Origin: Histomonas meleagridis 2922-C6/04-290x | Taxonomy: Eukaryota > Protista > Parabasalia | Assembly (NCBI GenBank): GCA_020184695.1 | Contig: JAANOX010000004.1 | Span: 62,001 to 126,000 of the forward strand | Reading direction: 5' to 3' | DNA length: 64,000 nucleotides | Part shown: positions 11,181-20,740 of the stretch, piece by piece | Position numbering within the stretch: position 1 is the first letter of the stretch | Layout of the letters: each line of letters opens with the position of its first letter | The notes under the pieces: generated by a model | Seen by the model: the letters and a program-made list of their open reading frames with translations, nothing else | Databases searched by the model: none | What the model was told of the DNA's origin: nothing | Program-made: the position numbers and the translations under genes

Positions 11181-11961
11181 ATGGAGCTCACCCCTTTCGC
11201 GGAACAAGTTTTTCGCCTTTATCTTTCAGTAGAATTAGATGCCACAAGTAACCAATTGACTGAAGAACAAAAACAGAAGATTATTACAGAATCCTTATCA
11301 TATCTTGCAGATAAAAATAATATAAGCGATGTTGAAAAATATATCAGTGATAGCATCAGTTATTTAAATCTTATAAACGAAATCAAACAAGTATTTAGTG
11401 AAACGCCTCCTAAGATCATTCCTATTGTGAATGATAATATAATGGAATCTAAATGTAAGAGAAGTCCGAAGTGGACAAAAAAGGAAGATTTAAGACTCCT
11501 TTGTGGGACAGCAAAATATGGAGCAAAGAATTGGAAAGCAATATCAGCTTTTGTCGGATATAACAGAACAAGCATACAATGCAATCAACGTTGGAATCGT
11601 TCTGTCAATCCAGAAATTCTCCATAGTAAATGGACACCACAAGAAGATAAAATATTACTTGAAACAGTCGATGTAAAAAAAAATAAACAAATGGAAGCAA
11701 GTTTCCAATCTTATACCAGGGCGGACTGATCTTCAGTGTAGATATAGATACACTCAACTCACACGAAATGATGCTCATCAACACATCGACCAAATGATGA
11801 GCGATTTTCCATTACCGGAACCAACAGTTAAACGCGATATTTATTTAGAGCCTTTATTACTAAGTGACAGTGAAATAGAAAAAAGTAACCAACATAAAAA
11901 ATCCAAAAACAGTGTTGTGATTAAATCAAATCATAAAGTTGTTGTTGTACAACAAATCTAA
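11181..11961 (+). CDS. R2R3 Myb-like transcription factor, with a +1 frameshift at an A9 run (11675-11683)
   Basis: First repeat KWTKKEDLRLL...YGAKNWKAI...RTSIQCNQRW. The second repeat KWTPQEDKILL continues in the next frame as KWKQVSNLIPGRTDLQCRYRY, to TAA at 11959-11961. Confidence 0.85.
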
Positions 11962-12117
11962 ACATAATTTTATTTATATATAAAAATACATTGATGTTAT
12001 TAAACATGTAGATTTCGAAATACTTTTTTTTAATTATTAGTAAGGTTTTACATAGAATTTTTCATAAAAACGTTCATTTAAATGATCAGTAAGAATTGAA
12101 AATAAAAAGAAGTTTAA

Positions 12118-13266
12118 TTATAAATCATCGAAGTCGATTTCGATATCACCGAATGAAGATTCTTCTTTTTTCGTTTTTGGAGTGCTCTTTGGCGTTGCTT
12201 GAGGTGACTTTGCGTCTTCTAAGTCTAAATCAATGAAGGAGCTATGCTCTTCTGCTTTTGGAGTGCTTTTATTATTATCAACTTTTTTAATTGGTTTTTC
12301 ATCAAGATCATCAACATCTAAGTCAATGTCACCAAATGAATCTGGTTCATTTAGCTTTGGCTTAGCTTTGCTTTCAACAACTTTTTTGACGGGTTGCTCA
12401 TCAAAATCATCATCAAAATCAATATCTTCAAATGAATTTGAGGGCTTTTCTTGTGGTGGTGGACTTGCCACAGGTTTCTTAGGCGATGGTTGTTTTTGCC
12501 CCTTTGGTTCTTCCAAATCGAAATCTTCATCAAATTCATCAAAGAGAGCAGATGTATTATCTTGTTCTTTAGATGGAGTCTTCTTTGGTGATTGTTCTTT
12601 TGGCTTACTTGCAGGTGATGGTTGAGCTTTTTCGTTTGAATCTTTTGGTGTATCAAAGGAACTTAATTCATCTGACTTTGACTTACCTTTTGGAGATTGT
12701 TTGTTTGAAGTGCTGCTACGACGTTTCTTCTTGATACTGCCTGTACGCTTTGATTTCTTAGGAGGTGATTTTGCATCATTTGCTGGTTTCTTCTTTGATG
12801 CTTTAGGACTTTCCTTCTTTTGTGATGCATCTTTTAGTCTGGCTTCAAGTTGTGTCCTGAATTGAGTTTCGTTCTTTTGTAAATATTGTTCTGAATTTTT
12901 AAGCCAGTCTTCGCATAATGCTGATAACAAATTTTCTTTCGCATCAATATTTAGCTCCTTTTTAATGTTGTTTGAGACAGGTTTTTGTGAAAGTTTTTTA
13001 TTTGTCTCCAATTCAATGCAACGTATTGTATTTTTCATACCATGTCTTTGAAGGTATTCAAATACAAACTCTGCTGCAAGTTTGTGATCAATATCATCTT
13101 TGATACTTTTGATCATTTTCATTGAGTCAAAATTGGAATCTTGAAGAGTTTCAGAAATATCAGCTAACATAGTTGCATTGACTTGATTTAATATCCCGTT
13201 GTCTTGCAGGCATTGTACAACTTTGAGATCCAATGCTTTCTTCTCCTTTTTTTCTTTTTTGTTCAT
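12118..13266 (-). CDS. TOF/LisH protein (FOP/CEP43/FOR20-like basal-body protein) with Lys/Ser/Pro-rich linker and acidic tail
   Basis: LQDNGILNQVNATM (TOF-like) plus LAAEFVFEYLQRHGMKNTIRCIELE (LisH); repeated SFxDIDLD/F motifs in the tail. Confidence 0.6.
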   Translation of the reverse strand: MNKKEKKEKKALDLKVVQCLQDNGILNQVNATMLADISETLQDSNFDSMKMIKSIKDDIDHKLAAEFVFEYLQRHGMKNTIRCIELETNKKLSQKPVSNNIKKELNIDAKENLLSALCEDWLKNSEQYLQKNETQFRTQLEARLKDASQKKESPKASKKKPANDAKSPPKKSKRTGSIKKKRRSSTSNKQSPKGKSKSDELSSFDTPKDSNEKAQPSPASKPKEQSPKKTPSKEQDNTSALFDEFDEDFDLEEPKGQKQPSPKKPVASPPPQEKPSNSFEDIDFDDDFDEQPVKKVVESKAKPKLNEPDSFGDIDLDVDDLDEKPIKKVDNNKSTPKAEEHSSFIDLDLEDAKSPQATPKSTPKTKKEESSFGDIEIDFDDL

Positions 13267-14137
13267 ATTTTTAATGTACGTTTAGTAATAAAATTCGTTT
13301 AATTTTAGGTTGAAAAAAGTTTTAAAAAATTCTTTTTTCTTTTATAGATTACCTATAAATTAACTAGATTTTCTATTATAAGTCACTAAGCCCAGGGACT
13401 TTTCGCTCTTAAATCCAAATTAAGCCAGATCAAAATGATTCGATTAAAATTGAACGAATTTCTTCGGTGTTACAACAAATAAACGGTCTTCATCGCTATC
13501 GTTGCAAGACACTCTATATACATAGACACCCTTAATATCACTTTACTTAAGCTCAAAAATTTTTTTTGGACTAAGTTACAAGCCATCAAAAATTTCTCTT
13601 TTCTAAATAAGTCCTTGCCACAAATGCCTTAAAATTAATTAGGGTTTTAAACTCATTTCCCTCATTTTAATTATCATCAAAAATAAAATAAAAAATTTTC
13701 TTTCATTAAATCTAAAGAGAAATAGTTCGTTCATAAATGCATATAAATGGCTAAAGAATTTATCAGGCTTAATAATTAAAAAAAATGGTAATTAATATTG
13801 TTTATATTTTCCCTATGATTAATAGTTTCTAAAGCTAAACCATTTGTTCATATAAAAGTTGTAAACTGTGAACTTCACTTTAACAGCAGAGATGATAATA
13901 ACCGTTATTATTCGAACTTTTGATTGAAATTAAATAGTTTACAATGCCGATTAAAGTCACATCGGTTGTCCCTAAAAAGTTCATAAGTGAAATGCCTTCT
14001 TTCCTCAACAACAAGAAGAATACAATTCCAAACGCAAAATAACACACACCTCAAAGAATACGAGAGAAACGTATGAACAAATTTATTTTTTATGTATTTA
14101 TATTATATTAAATTACACTGCAAAGACTCTCTGGTCG

Positions 14138-15223
14138 TTAAAGAACAACAATAGGGGCATCTAAGCCAATGTCTGATAATATATCTATTAATTCGGCAGG
14201 TTTTTTCATAACACTGCCTGATAAAAGAAGCCACTCTGGCAATAAAGTGCGCTTCGTAATTAACATTTCCGCTACTTCTTTAGAGAATGTTATGATTGAG
14301 ATATCAGTACCATTTACAATTGCAATTGCTGCTTCATTATTTTTACCCATGTAATCAAATGAACTAAAAATAGTAATACAATCATCGTTCATCCAATTGT
14401 ATCCTTTTTCACAAAATTCATGGGCTCGAACAACACACTTAAGTTTGTTATCTTCTAAAAATTGTGAAACAGCATCTGCATTATATAAATAGCCAATTCC
14501 CCGATTTGATTTTTCAAAAACGATTGATGAGTTTGGATTGGGATCGCTCCAAAGCAAATCAGCAGCAATCGAACATGAAATATCTGGAATTGGTCTTTCT
14601 ATTAATGTTTCGATCTCTGAGAGATCTTGAAGAGAGGGTGAAAGCCCTCCATGAACGCAATAAAATGCGTCGTTAACAATTGCCGCAATTGGCATATACT
14701 CAAAAGATTTACAAAACTTACTGTAAAAATGATGGTTGAGGTATGTCATGCATTCATCTTTGAATCCATATGTTCTTGTTGCCTGTTTGGATTCATGATT
14801 TCCTCTAAGAATATATATTTGATTTGGATATAAAAGTTTTAGTGAATACAATAATAAGAGAACTTCAATCGAATTTTGACCCCTATCAACATAATCACCT
14901 AGAAAAAGGTAAGATTGATAAGGTGGATATTTGAATTTTTGGAATATATGAATAAGACTATCTATATTTCCATGTATATCACCAACAATAACCAGGTGAC
15001 TATGCAAATTCAAAAGAATTGATTCTGATTTGAAAACATTGGTTATTGACTTCAGAAGACGTTTGATTACCCGAGTTTTCAATGTGTCCACGCAGTGACT
15101 ATCCCTCCGCATGCGGCTGATGATTATCTGAAAAATTATTTCATGAAGCTCATCATCTCGCATTGCGGACAAAGAAGTGACTTGACGAAATAAAATTTTA
15201 TCAAAATTAAATAAAACTGCCAT
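14138..15223 (-). CDS. Ser/Thr protein phosphatase, PPP family (PP1-like)
   Basis: GDIHG, GDYVDRG, RGNHE, HGG, WSDP and RAHE motifs are all intact. Confidence 0.92.
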   Translation of the reverse strand: MAVLFNFDKILFRQVTSLSAMRDDELHEIIFQIIISRMRRDSHCVDTLKTRVIKRLLKSITNVFKSESILLNLHSHLVIVGDIHGNIDSLIHIFQKFKYPPYQSYLFLGDYVDRGQNSIEVLLLLYSLKLLYPNQIYILRGNHESKQATRTYGFKDECMTYLNHHFYSKFCKSFEYMPIAAIVNDAFYCVHGGLSPSLQDLSEIETLIERPIPDISCSIAADLLWSDPNPNSSIVFEKSNRGIGYLYNADAVSQFLEDNKLKCVVRAHEFCEKGYNWMNDDCITIFSSFDYMGKNNEAAIAIVNGTDISIITFSKEVAEMLITKRTLLPEWLLLSGSVMKKPAELIDILSDIGLDAPIVVL

Positions 15224-16372
15224 TTAACCCTCAATTAAAATCACACCAAAAAAATTCAATGGAGTGGCCCTCCTTTTGAATGGAAGAAGGTCAGTCCGTT
15301 TAAGTTTTTATTCGGACGATCGGAACCTCAGAAATGAGACAATCGAAAAACTAAAACCTGAAGTTTTTTCTGACCAAGTATTCCTTGTACTCTTTGTGTT
15401 TGCTTATCTTAAATCGCATTTTTTCTTTAATTTTTTTGATATATAGTTCGATAGGCAATGATTTTTAAATTATTTCCTTCTCTTTTTTGTCCTGAAAAGC
15501 GGTGATCTTCTTTCTTCATTCTAGTTTAGAACTATTTCAATGATTGATTTTTGGTTTATATTCTCTATTCAATGTGTTCTATCATGGTCGATTACGGCAT
15601 GCCCTCGGTAACAGTCTTTTGGGGTTGGTGCTTGCTGGTCAACATAGGAATTGCCACTAGTCGAGTGAGCGATCGTTTTTTTGAAGGATAAACTATCCAT
15701 CTTTTTGATAGACGCAAGTTTGACATGGATTTTCTATATAAAAACGATCAAAGACATTCCACTTTTTGAGATGATTCGGTTGTTTTATTTGGAGACGGTT
15801 TATTTGCCAAGACGATATTGGCACTTTTGACTCAAATCTGTGGTTTGGTTTAGCGGTTTTCGCGTCAAACAACCAATAAGTTAATCAAATATTTGATTGA
15901 TGTTCTTAAATACTTACTTAAATTAATCTTCGTCATCATCACCTAGACATCCAAAAGTCCTTATAGATCCGTATCATTCTGATACTATCAGATTGCTCTT
16001 TTGTATATTAATATTTAAAAAAAATTGATATATTTTTATGATACATAATATTTGATATTAACTTATAATGTTTATTCTTGTGTTTATATTTATTTAGAAT
16101 TTGATAAAACATATGCTGAGAAATTTGAATTTTTTTGTAAAGCGTCAGTTTTTCACTTCACTTGGACTGAGCCGCGGCTTACGGAGGTTTTGACGCTTAT
16201 ATCAAAAGTGATCTGAAATTTCCATCTCTTTGGCAATAACAAATTTTAATAATTGTTTTTTTGCGCCAAAGCCAACTGAATTTCACGATAATTCTAGGAA
16301 ACAAACAAACAAAATGATGAGAATGCATTCATACAAAATAAATTTTCTTTATTGAAATATTATTAGAGCGCA

Positions 16373-17065
16373 TTATGTTGGATACTCTTGGTTCATTTGA
16401 TGGAGTCTCTTTTTGAAGAAATCGCGTAACATGTGAAGTGATCGTGGTGTTATATCTTCTACATTAATCCGTACTTCGTCTGTTTGCTTATCAAATTGTT
16501 TTTCTGATTGTAAGATCTTACATATTTGCAATAAGTCATCTTTGTTGTAAAACGCCCGACTTGCTTCGATAAAGCAATCAAGCTCGCGACTTGAAAAAGG
16601 TGCGTAATTATGGTAATCCGATGGTTTCCTGATTGGGAAAATTGTGCCTACGGATGAAGGTGGTGAGAGTAATAATCTATCAAGTTTTTCGCGTGATAAA
16701 TAAAGATACTTCATCCATCCTGATATTTTTTTCATATCTAACCTTTGCTTAAGCTTTTTAAAGTGGTTAGACATATGATGTGCTATAATAGAAACATAAG
16801 AGTCTTTTCCGTTGTAAAGTTCGGCATTTTGCCAAACTGTATTAATATCTTTCTCCCATGACTTAACCTCTGTATATTCACCTCTTTCGAGTTTTTCATA
16901 AATGGTGCCTAAATCTTGGGGATTTTTGATTTTTTTATAATAATTCGTTTGATGATCAGTATTAACAGGCTCATTAAATAGATTGGCGCCAGGATATTCA
17001 CGGAGTTCTTGTGTAATTTCTTTGCATATTTTAAGGAGATTTTCATCAAGGCGCGAGTTCGACAT
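16373..17065 (-). CDS. Bromodomain protein with C-terminal ET-like region
   Basis: FNEPV...YYKKIKNPQDLGTI...WQNAELYN (conserved acetyl-lysine Asn present); C-terminal INVEDITPRSLHML is ET-like. Confidence 0.85.
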   Translation of the reverse strand: MSNSRLDENLLKICKEITQELREYPGANLFNEPVNTDHQTNYYKKIKNPQDLGTIYEKLERGEYTEVKSWEKDINTVWQNAELYNGKDSYVSIIAHHMSNHFKKLKQRLDMKKISGWMKYLYLSREKLDRLLLSPPSSVGTIFPIRKPSDYHNYAPFSSRELDCFIEASRAFYNKDDLLQICKILQSEKQFDKQTDEVRINVEDITPRSLHMLRDFFKKRLHQMNQEYPT

Positions 17066-17118
17066 TTGATAAGGAAAAACGTTAAATAAATTTATTTTTT
17101 TTATAAGGTCATGATCTC

Positions 17119-18839
17119 TTAGTCCATGAAAGGGTTAGGTTGATATTCAAATACAACAAATAAAATATCTTTAGCATTAATATCAATTCCTTCTTGTTCA
17201 AGAAGTAATTTAACGATTTCTGTATGACCATTTTCGGATGCTCTAATAAGTGCTGTTTTAAATTATTTAAATATTTTCCAAATATTATTTTGAAATATAA
17301 AATTATTAAAATAAATTTTAAATAAAACAAATAAATATCTTTAGCATTAATATCAATTCCTTCTTGTTCAAGAAGTAGTTTAGCTATTTCTGTGTGATCA
17401 TTTTCAGATGCTTTCATAAGTGCTGTTTCAAATAATTTAAATAATTTCCAAATTTTATTTTGAAATATTCCAAAATTATTAAAATAAATATTAAATAAAA
17501 CAAATAAATATCTTTAGCATTAATATCAATTCCTTCTTGTTCAAGAAGTAATTTAACTATTTCTATATGACCTTTTACAGATGCTTTCATAAGTGCTGTT
17601 TGAAATAATTTAAATAATTTCCAAATATTATTTTGAAATAACAAATTATTAAAATAAATACCAAATAAAACAAATAAATATCTTTAGCATTAATGTCAAT
17701 TCCTTCTTGTTTTAAAACATATTCAACAAGTTCAATATTTCCTGATGCTGGTAAAAACAACAATATATCATGCGGAATTGAATGATCTTTAAGAAAATCT
17801 TCAACTAAAAAAATATTTCCAATAATTGCTGCTTCATTAATAATATCATCATTGATGTTCATTCCTTCTTTAACTAAAAATGAAAATATTTCATAATTAT
17901 AATAAAAAATACAAAGCTTTCCTAATTCTTCTAAATTATTAATTTCTTTTAATTTATTCTCATAAAAATATTTAAAGATATCATTTTGATGATATTCAAT
18001 TGCTGTTTCATATGCTTTATCAAATGATGAATTATTTTGTTCACATAAATGAATAATTTCTTCATTTCCACATGCAATTGCATATTTTCCTGTATCTTCA
18101 ACGTTTGCATTATTCATAAGTAAATATTTAAAACATTTAACTGATCCAAAGAATGCTGCATAATCAATAAGTCTAATATTATGTTGATTAATAAATGAAC
18201 ATCTTTCATAAAGTGATGGTTCAATCTTTTGATCAAAGTCAAAATTTGTTTGTGATGATATTTCTTGAAGTTTTTCTATTTCATCATTTCGAATGATTTT
18301 CGAAATTTCACTTGGATTATGTCCTTCTCTAATTAATTTCTTATGTAATTCCCAATCATTCTTTGAAAGTTCTTCATAATTATCAAAATAATATTCTAAA
18401 TGGATTGATGGTTCTTCTTTAGACATATAATGTACAAAATATGGACTCCGGCTGTTTTTTACAATGTTTGGTTCAAGAAAATTTTGTTCAATCATAGCTT
18501 CAAGAAGATAATTTGATTCATATGTATGCTCATTATTAAGAAATCGACTAAATATATCAAATATATTGGATTTGATTTTATTACTCTCTTCAAATGTTCT
18601 TATTTCTTTTATAATATTCAAAAATAAATTTGCATTATTATTTTTAATTACAAAGGAATGATATATCATTTGAATAATCTTAAATCATAAGATAAAGGAT
18701 GGATTTCATCATATTTGCTGATTATTAAACCTAAATATTTAGGGGAATTTTCTTCATTTAAACCAAAAATTGCGTGATTTATTGATAGAAGTGTTTCCCA
18801 GTCGCAATGTTCCTTTGGGTTCATATTTAATGAATTCAT
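17119..18839 (-). CDS. DUF3447-like/ankyrin-repeat gene, locus A: N-terminal domain plus ankyrin units split by 80/83/80-nt spacers; one more frameshift near 18670-18690
   Basis: GHNPSEISKIIRNDEIEKL...IDYAAFFGSVKCFKYL is typical of trichomonad DUF3447-ankyrin proteins. Then three blocks TALxxASxxxHxEIxKLLLEQEGIDINAKD, each in a new frame. The start position is uncertain. Confidence 0.7.
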
Positions 18840-18961
18840 AAGAGACTGTTTTTCCATTATAAGCTGTTCCCTCTCAATCATCGGAGGACGTTTACTGCTT
18901 GTTCAACAAGAACGATACTGTATCGTTTTTTGTTTTCAATGGGCGGAATAACGGCTTCCAA

Positions 18962-20740
18962 ATGGCCGAAGAGGTTGTACTTATAAAAAATGAAAATATA
19001 GAAGTTATAAAAATAAAAAATCAAGAAGCCCAACAAATAAAATGTGTTTTCAAAGTTTCTGATGATATAAACAAAATTAAGTCAAATATCAAAAAAATTA
19101 AAAAAATTTCTCATCCAGCACTTCTTCCCATTGAAAGCTATTCTGTTAAACCCGATGAAGGAGAAAAGGGTTTTTTTACATTATTTTATGACCTCCAACA
19201 AATCAATTTAACAAGTTTTTCAGAAGTTGAAGATCTTTCAACAGCCGATGCATCAAAAATTACTTTGGGCGTTGCATCACTATTTCAATGTCTTTTACAT
19301 TCAGGCATCTCTAAATTCAGGTTTGATTTATCTTATCTTTTTTTAAATGAAAAAAATGAACCAATTACTATTTTAAGTGGCATTTCTCAATTTGGTTACC
19401 CTATATTTGAGTCCTTAATTAATTTGATGAAAACTTGCTATCCTGACCAAGAAGATTACATTGAAATTGAATTCCAAGATAAATTATCTGATATGAGTCC
19501 ATTCGAAGCAATTGATTCAGCTCTTCAATCTCTTTATTTTTCAGACAGATTTGGCGCTAATTCTTCCGACTCATATAAACCTTCATTATTATCAAATACA
19601 TTTTCTACACAACTTTTCCAAAAAATTTACAACGAAAATATCGCACTAAACGAAAAAGTCAATGATTTAACAGAAGAAATAACTGAATTAAAAGAACAGT
19701 TTGCCAGATATCAACAAGAAGATCATGACTTTAAAGTTCAAGCATATAAAATTCAAGAACTTGAGAAGCTTGTTTTTGATGCTGTTAATGTTCTTAATAC
19801 ATACTCGTTCATGAAGAACGAGCTTCATATTCCTCTAAGTATGACTGATGGAGGAATTTTTTCATATTTAATAAATTCACAAGAGACCGTTTTTTCGCGA
19901 TCGGTTATTCCCTCTCAATCGTCGGGGGACGTTTACTGCGTGATCAACAAGAACGACCCAGGAAACTTTTCTACTGGTTCGTCAACTAAAGAATACATAA
20001 AGTTTCTATTTCCATATCCTATCCGCATTACTGGATTCAGTATACAGTCGTCATATCGTTCATTTCTTCGTACATGGAAAGTAAAAACTTATGACGAAGA
20101 TGGTGATCCCACCACTATATTTCGAACAAAGAATGATCAATCACTTAACGGTGAAGATAAGAAACTTGACATTACCCTTGATAAGGTTATTACTACAAAT
20201 AAAGTCAAGATAATCAAAAAAGGTTATAATTGGTCCAAAACTAAGTTTGTTCGTATTAAGAACTTTGAACTGTTTTCGGACCAACCAGAGTTTATTGGAG
20301 GCGTTTTCGCAAATATGATTAAAAGAGCAAATGGCGATCCACATCGAGCTGACGTTTACATTACTTCATCCAATTTTGATTTCCGTCGCTTCCATAAGTT
20401 ATCTCCCTCACATTCTCTTTGTACATTGAACGATGCTGACTCATCGTGGTTCCAATGCGAACTCACAAAAGGAAAAGCTGTTGTCCAAGGCTACAGGTTA
20501 CAATTTCTCAGCAGCTTTCCGATAACGAAATATTCTATCCAAGGATCAAACGATTTGGAGAATTGGACCGTTTTAGATCGAGTAAGTACAACAAAAGGCG
20601 AAACAGCTTTGTTGGTTGTGAGAGAATGTCATTCGATGCAACCATTTAAGTACATAAGGTTCTTTAATGAAATGGTGTTAGAAGAAAAGAAGTTGCGATT
20701 TAGGCATTTCGATATTTTTGGAGTATATCTTCCTGAGTAA
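18962..20740 (+). CDS. Protein with degenerate kinase-like N-terminus, coiled coil and two F5/8-type-C (discoidin/galactose-binding-like) domains
   Basis: KKISHPALL and LGVASLFQCLLH resemble kinase subdomains III-VI. WFQCELTKGKAVVQGYRL and YSIQGSNDLENWTVLD are F5/8C-like. First ATG is 18962. Confidence 0.65.
   Translation: MAEEVVLIKNENIEVIKIKNQEAQQIKCVFKVSDDINKIKSNIKKIKKISHPALLPIESYSVKPDEGEKGFFTLFYDLQQINLTSFSEVEDLSTADASKITLGVASLFQCLLHSGISKFRFDLSYLFLNEKNEPITILSGISQFGYPIFESLINLMKTCYPDQEDYIEIEFQDKLSDMSPFEAIDSALQSLYFSDRFGANSSDSYKPSLLSNTFSTQLFQKIYNENIALNEKVNDLTEEITELKEQFARYQQEDHDFKVQAYKIQELEKLVFDAVNVLNTYSFMKNELHIPLSMTDGGIFSYLINSQETVFSRSVIPSQSSGDVYCVINKNDPGNFSTGSSTKEYIKFLFPYPIRITGFSIQSSYRSFLRTWKVKTYDEDGDPTTIFRTKNDQSLNGEDKKLDITLDKVITTNKVKIIKKGYNWSKTKFVRIKNFELFSDQPEFIGGVFANMIKRANGDPHRADVYITSSNFDFRRFHKLSPSHSLCTLNDADSSWFQCELTKGKAVVQGYRLQFLSSFPITKYSIQGSNDLENWTVLDRVSTTKGETALLVVRECHSMQPFKYIRFFNEMVLEEKKLRFRHFDIFGVYLPE

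Noticed and set aside
15500-15880. GC-elevated intergenic island as SRP, RNase P/MRP or snRNA (similarly 10340-10450, 27400-27510 and 35300-35350)
   Set aside because: No diagnostic conserved boxes or convincing long stems were found by eye; an Infernal scan is needed.
17128-17142. Telomere-like agggttagg / telomerase-template-like CTAACCCT
   Set aside because: A single isolated partial repeat, expected by chance in 64 kb.
17257-17679. Ankyrin spacers as ordinary GT-AG spliceosomal introns (GTTTTA...AAACAG)
   Set aside because: Cutting from the GT at spacer position 9 to the CAG inside ACA-GCA joins phase 2 to a phase-1 acceptor, giving FTYE... out of frame; there is no ACTAAC branch motif. 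AT...AC cuts tried also fail to restore TAL.
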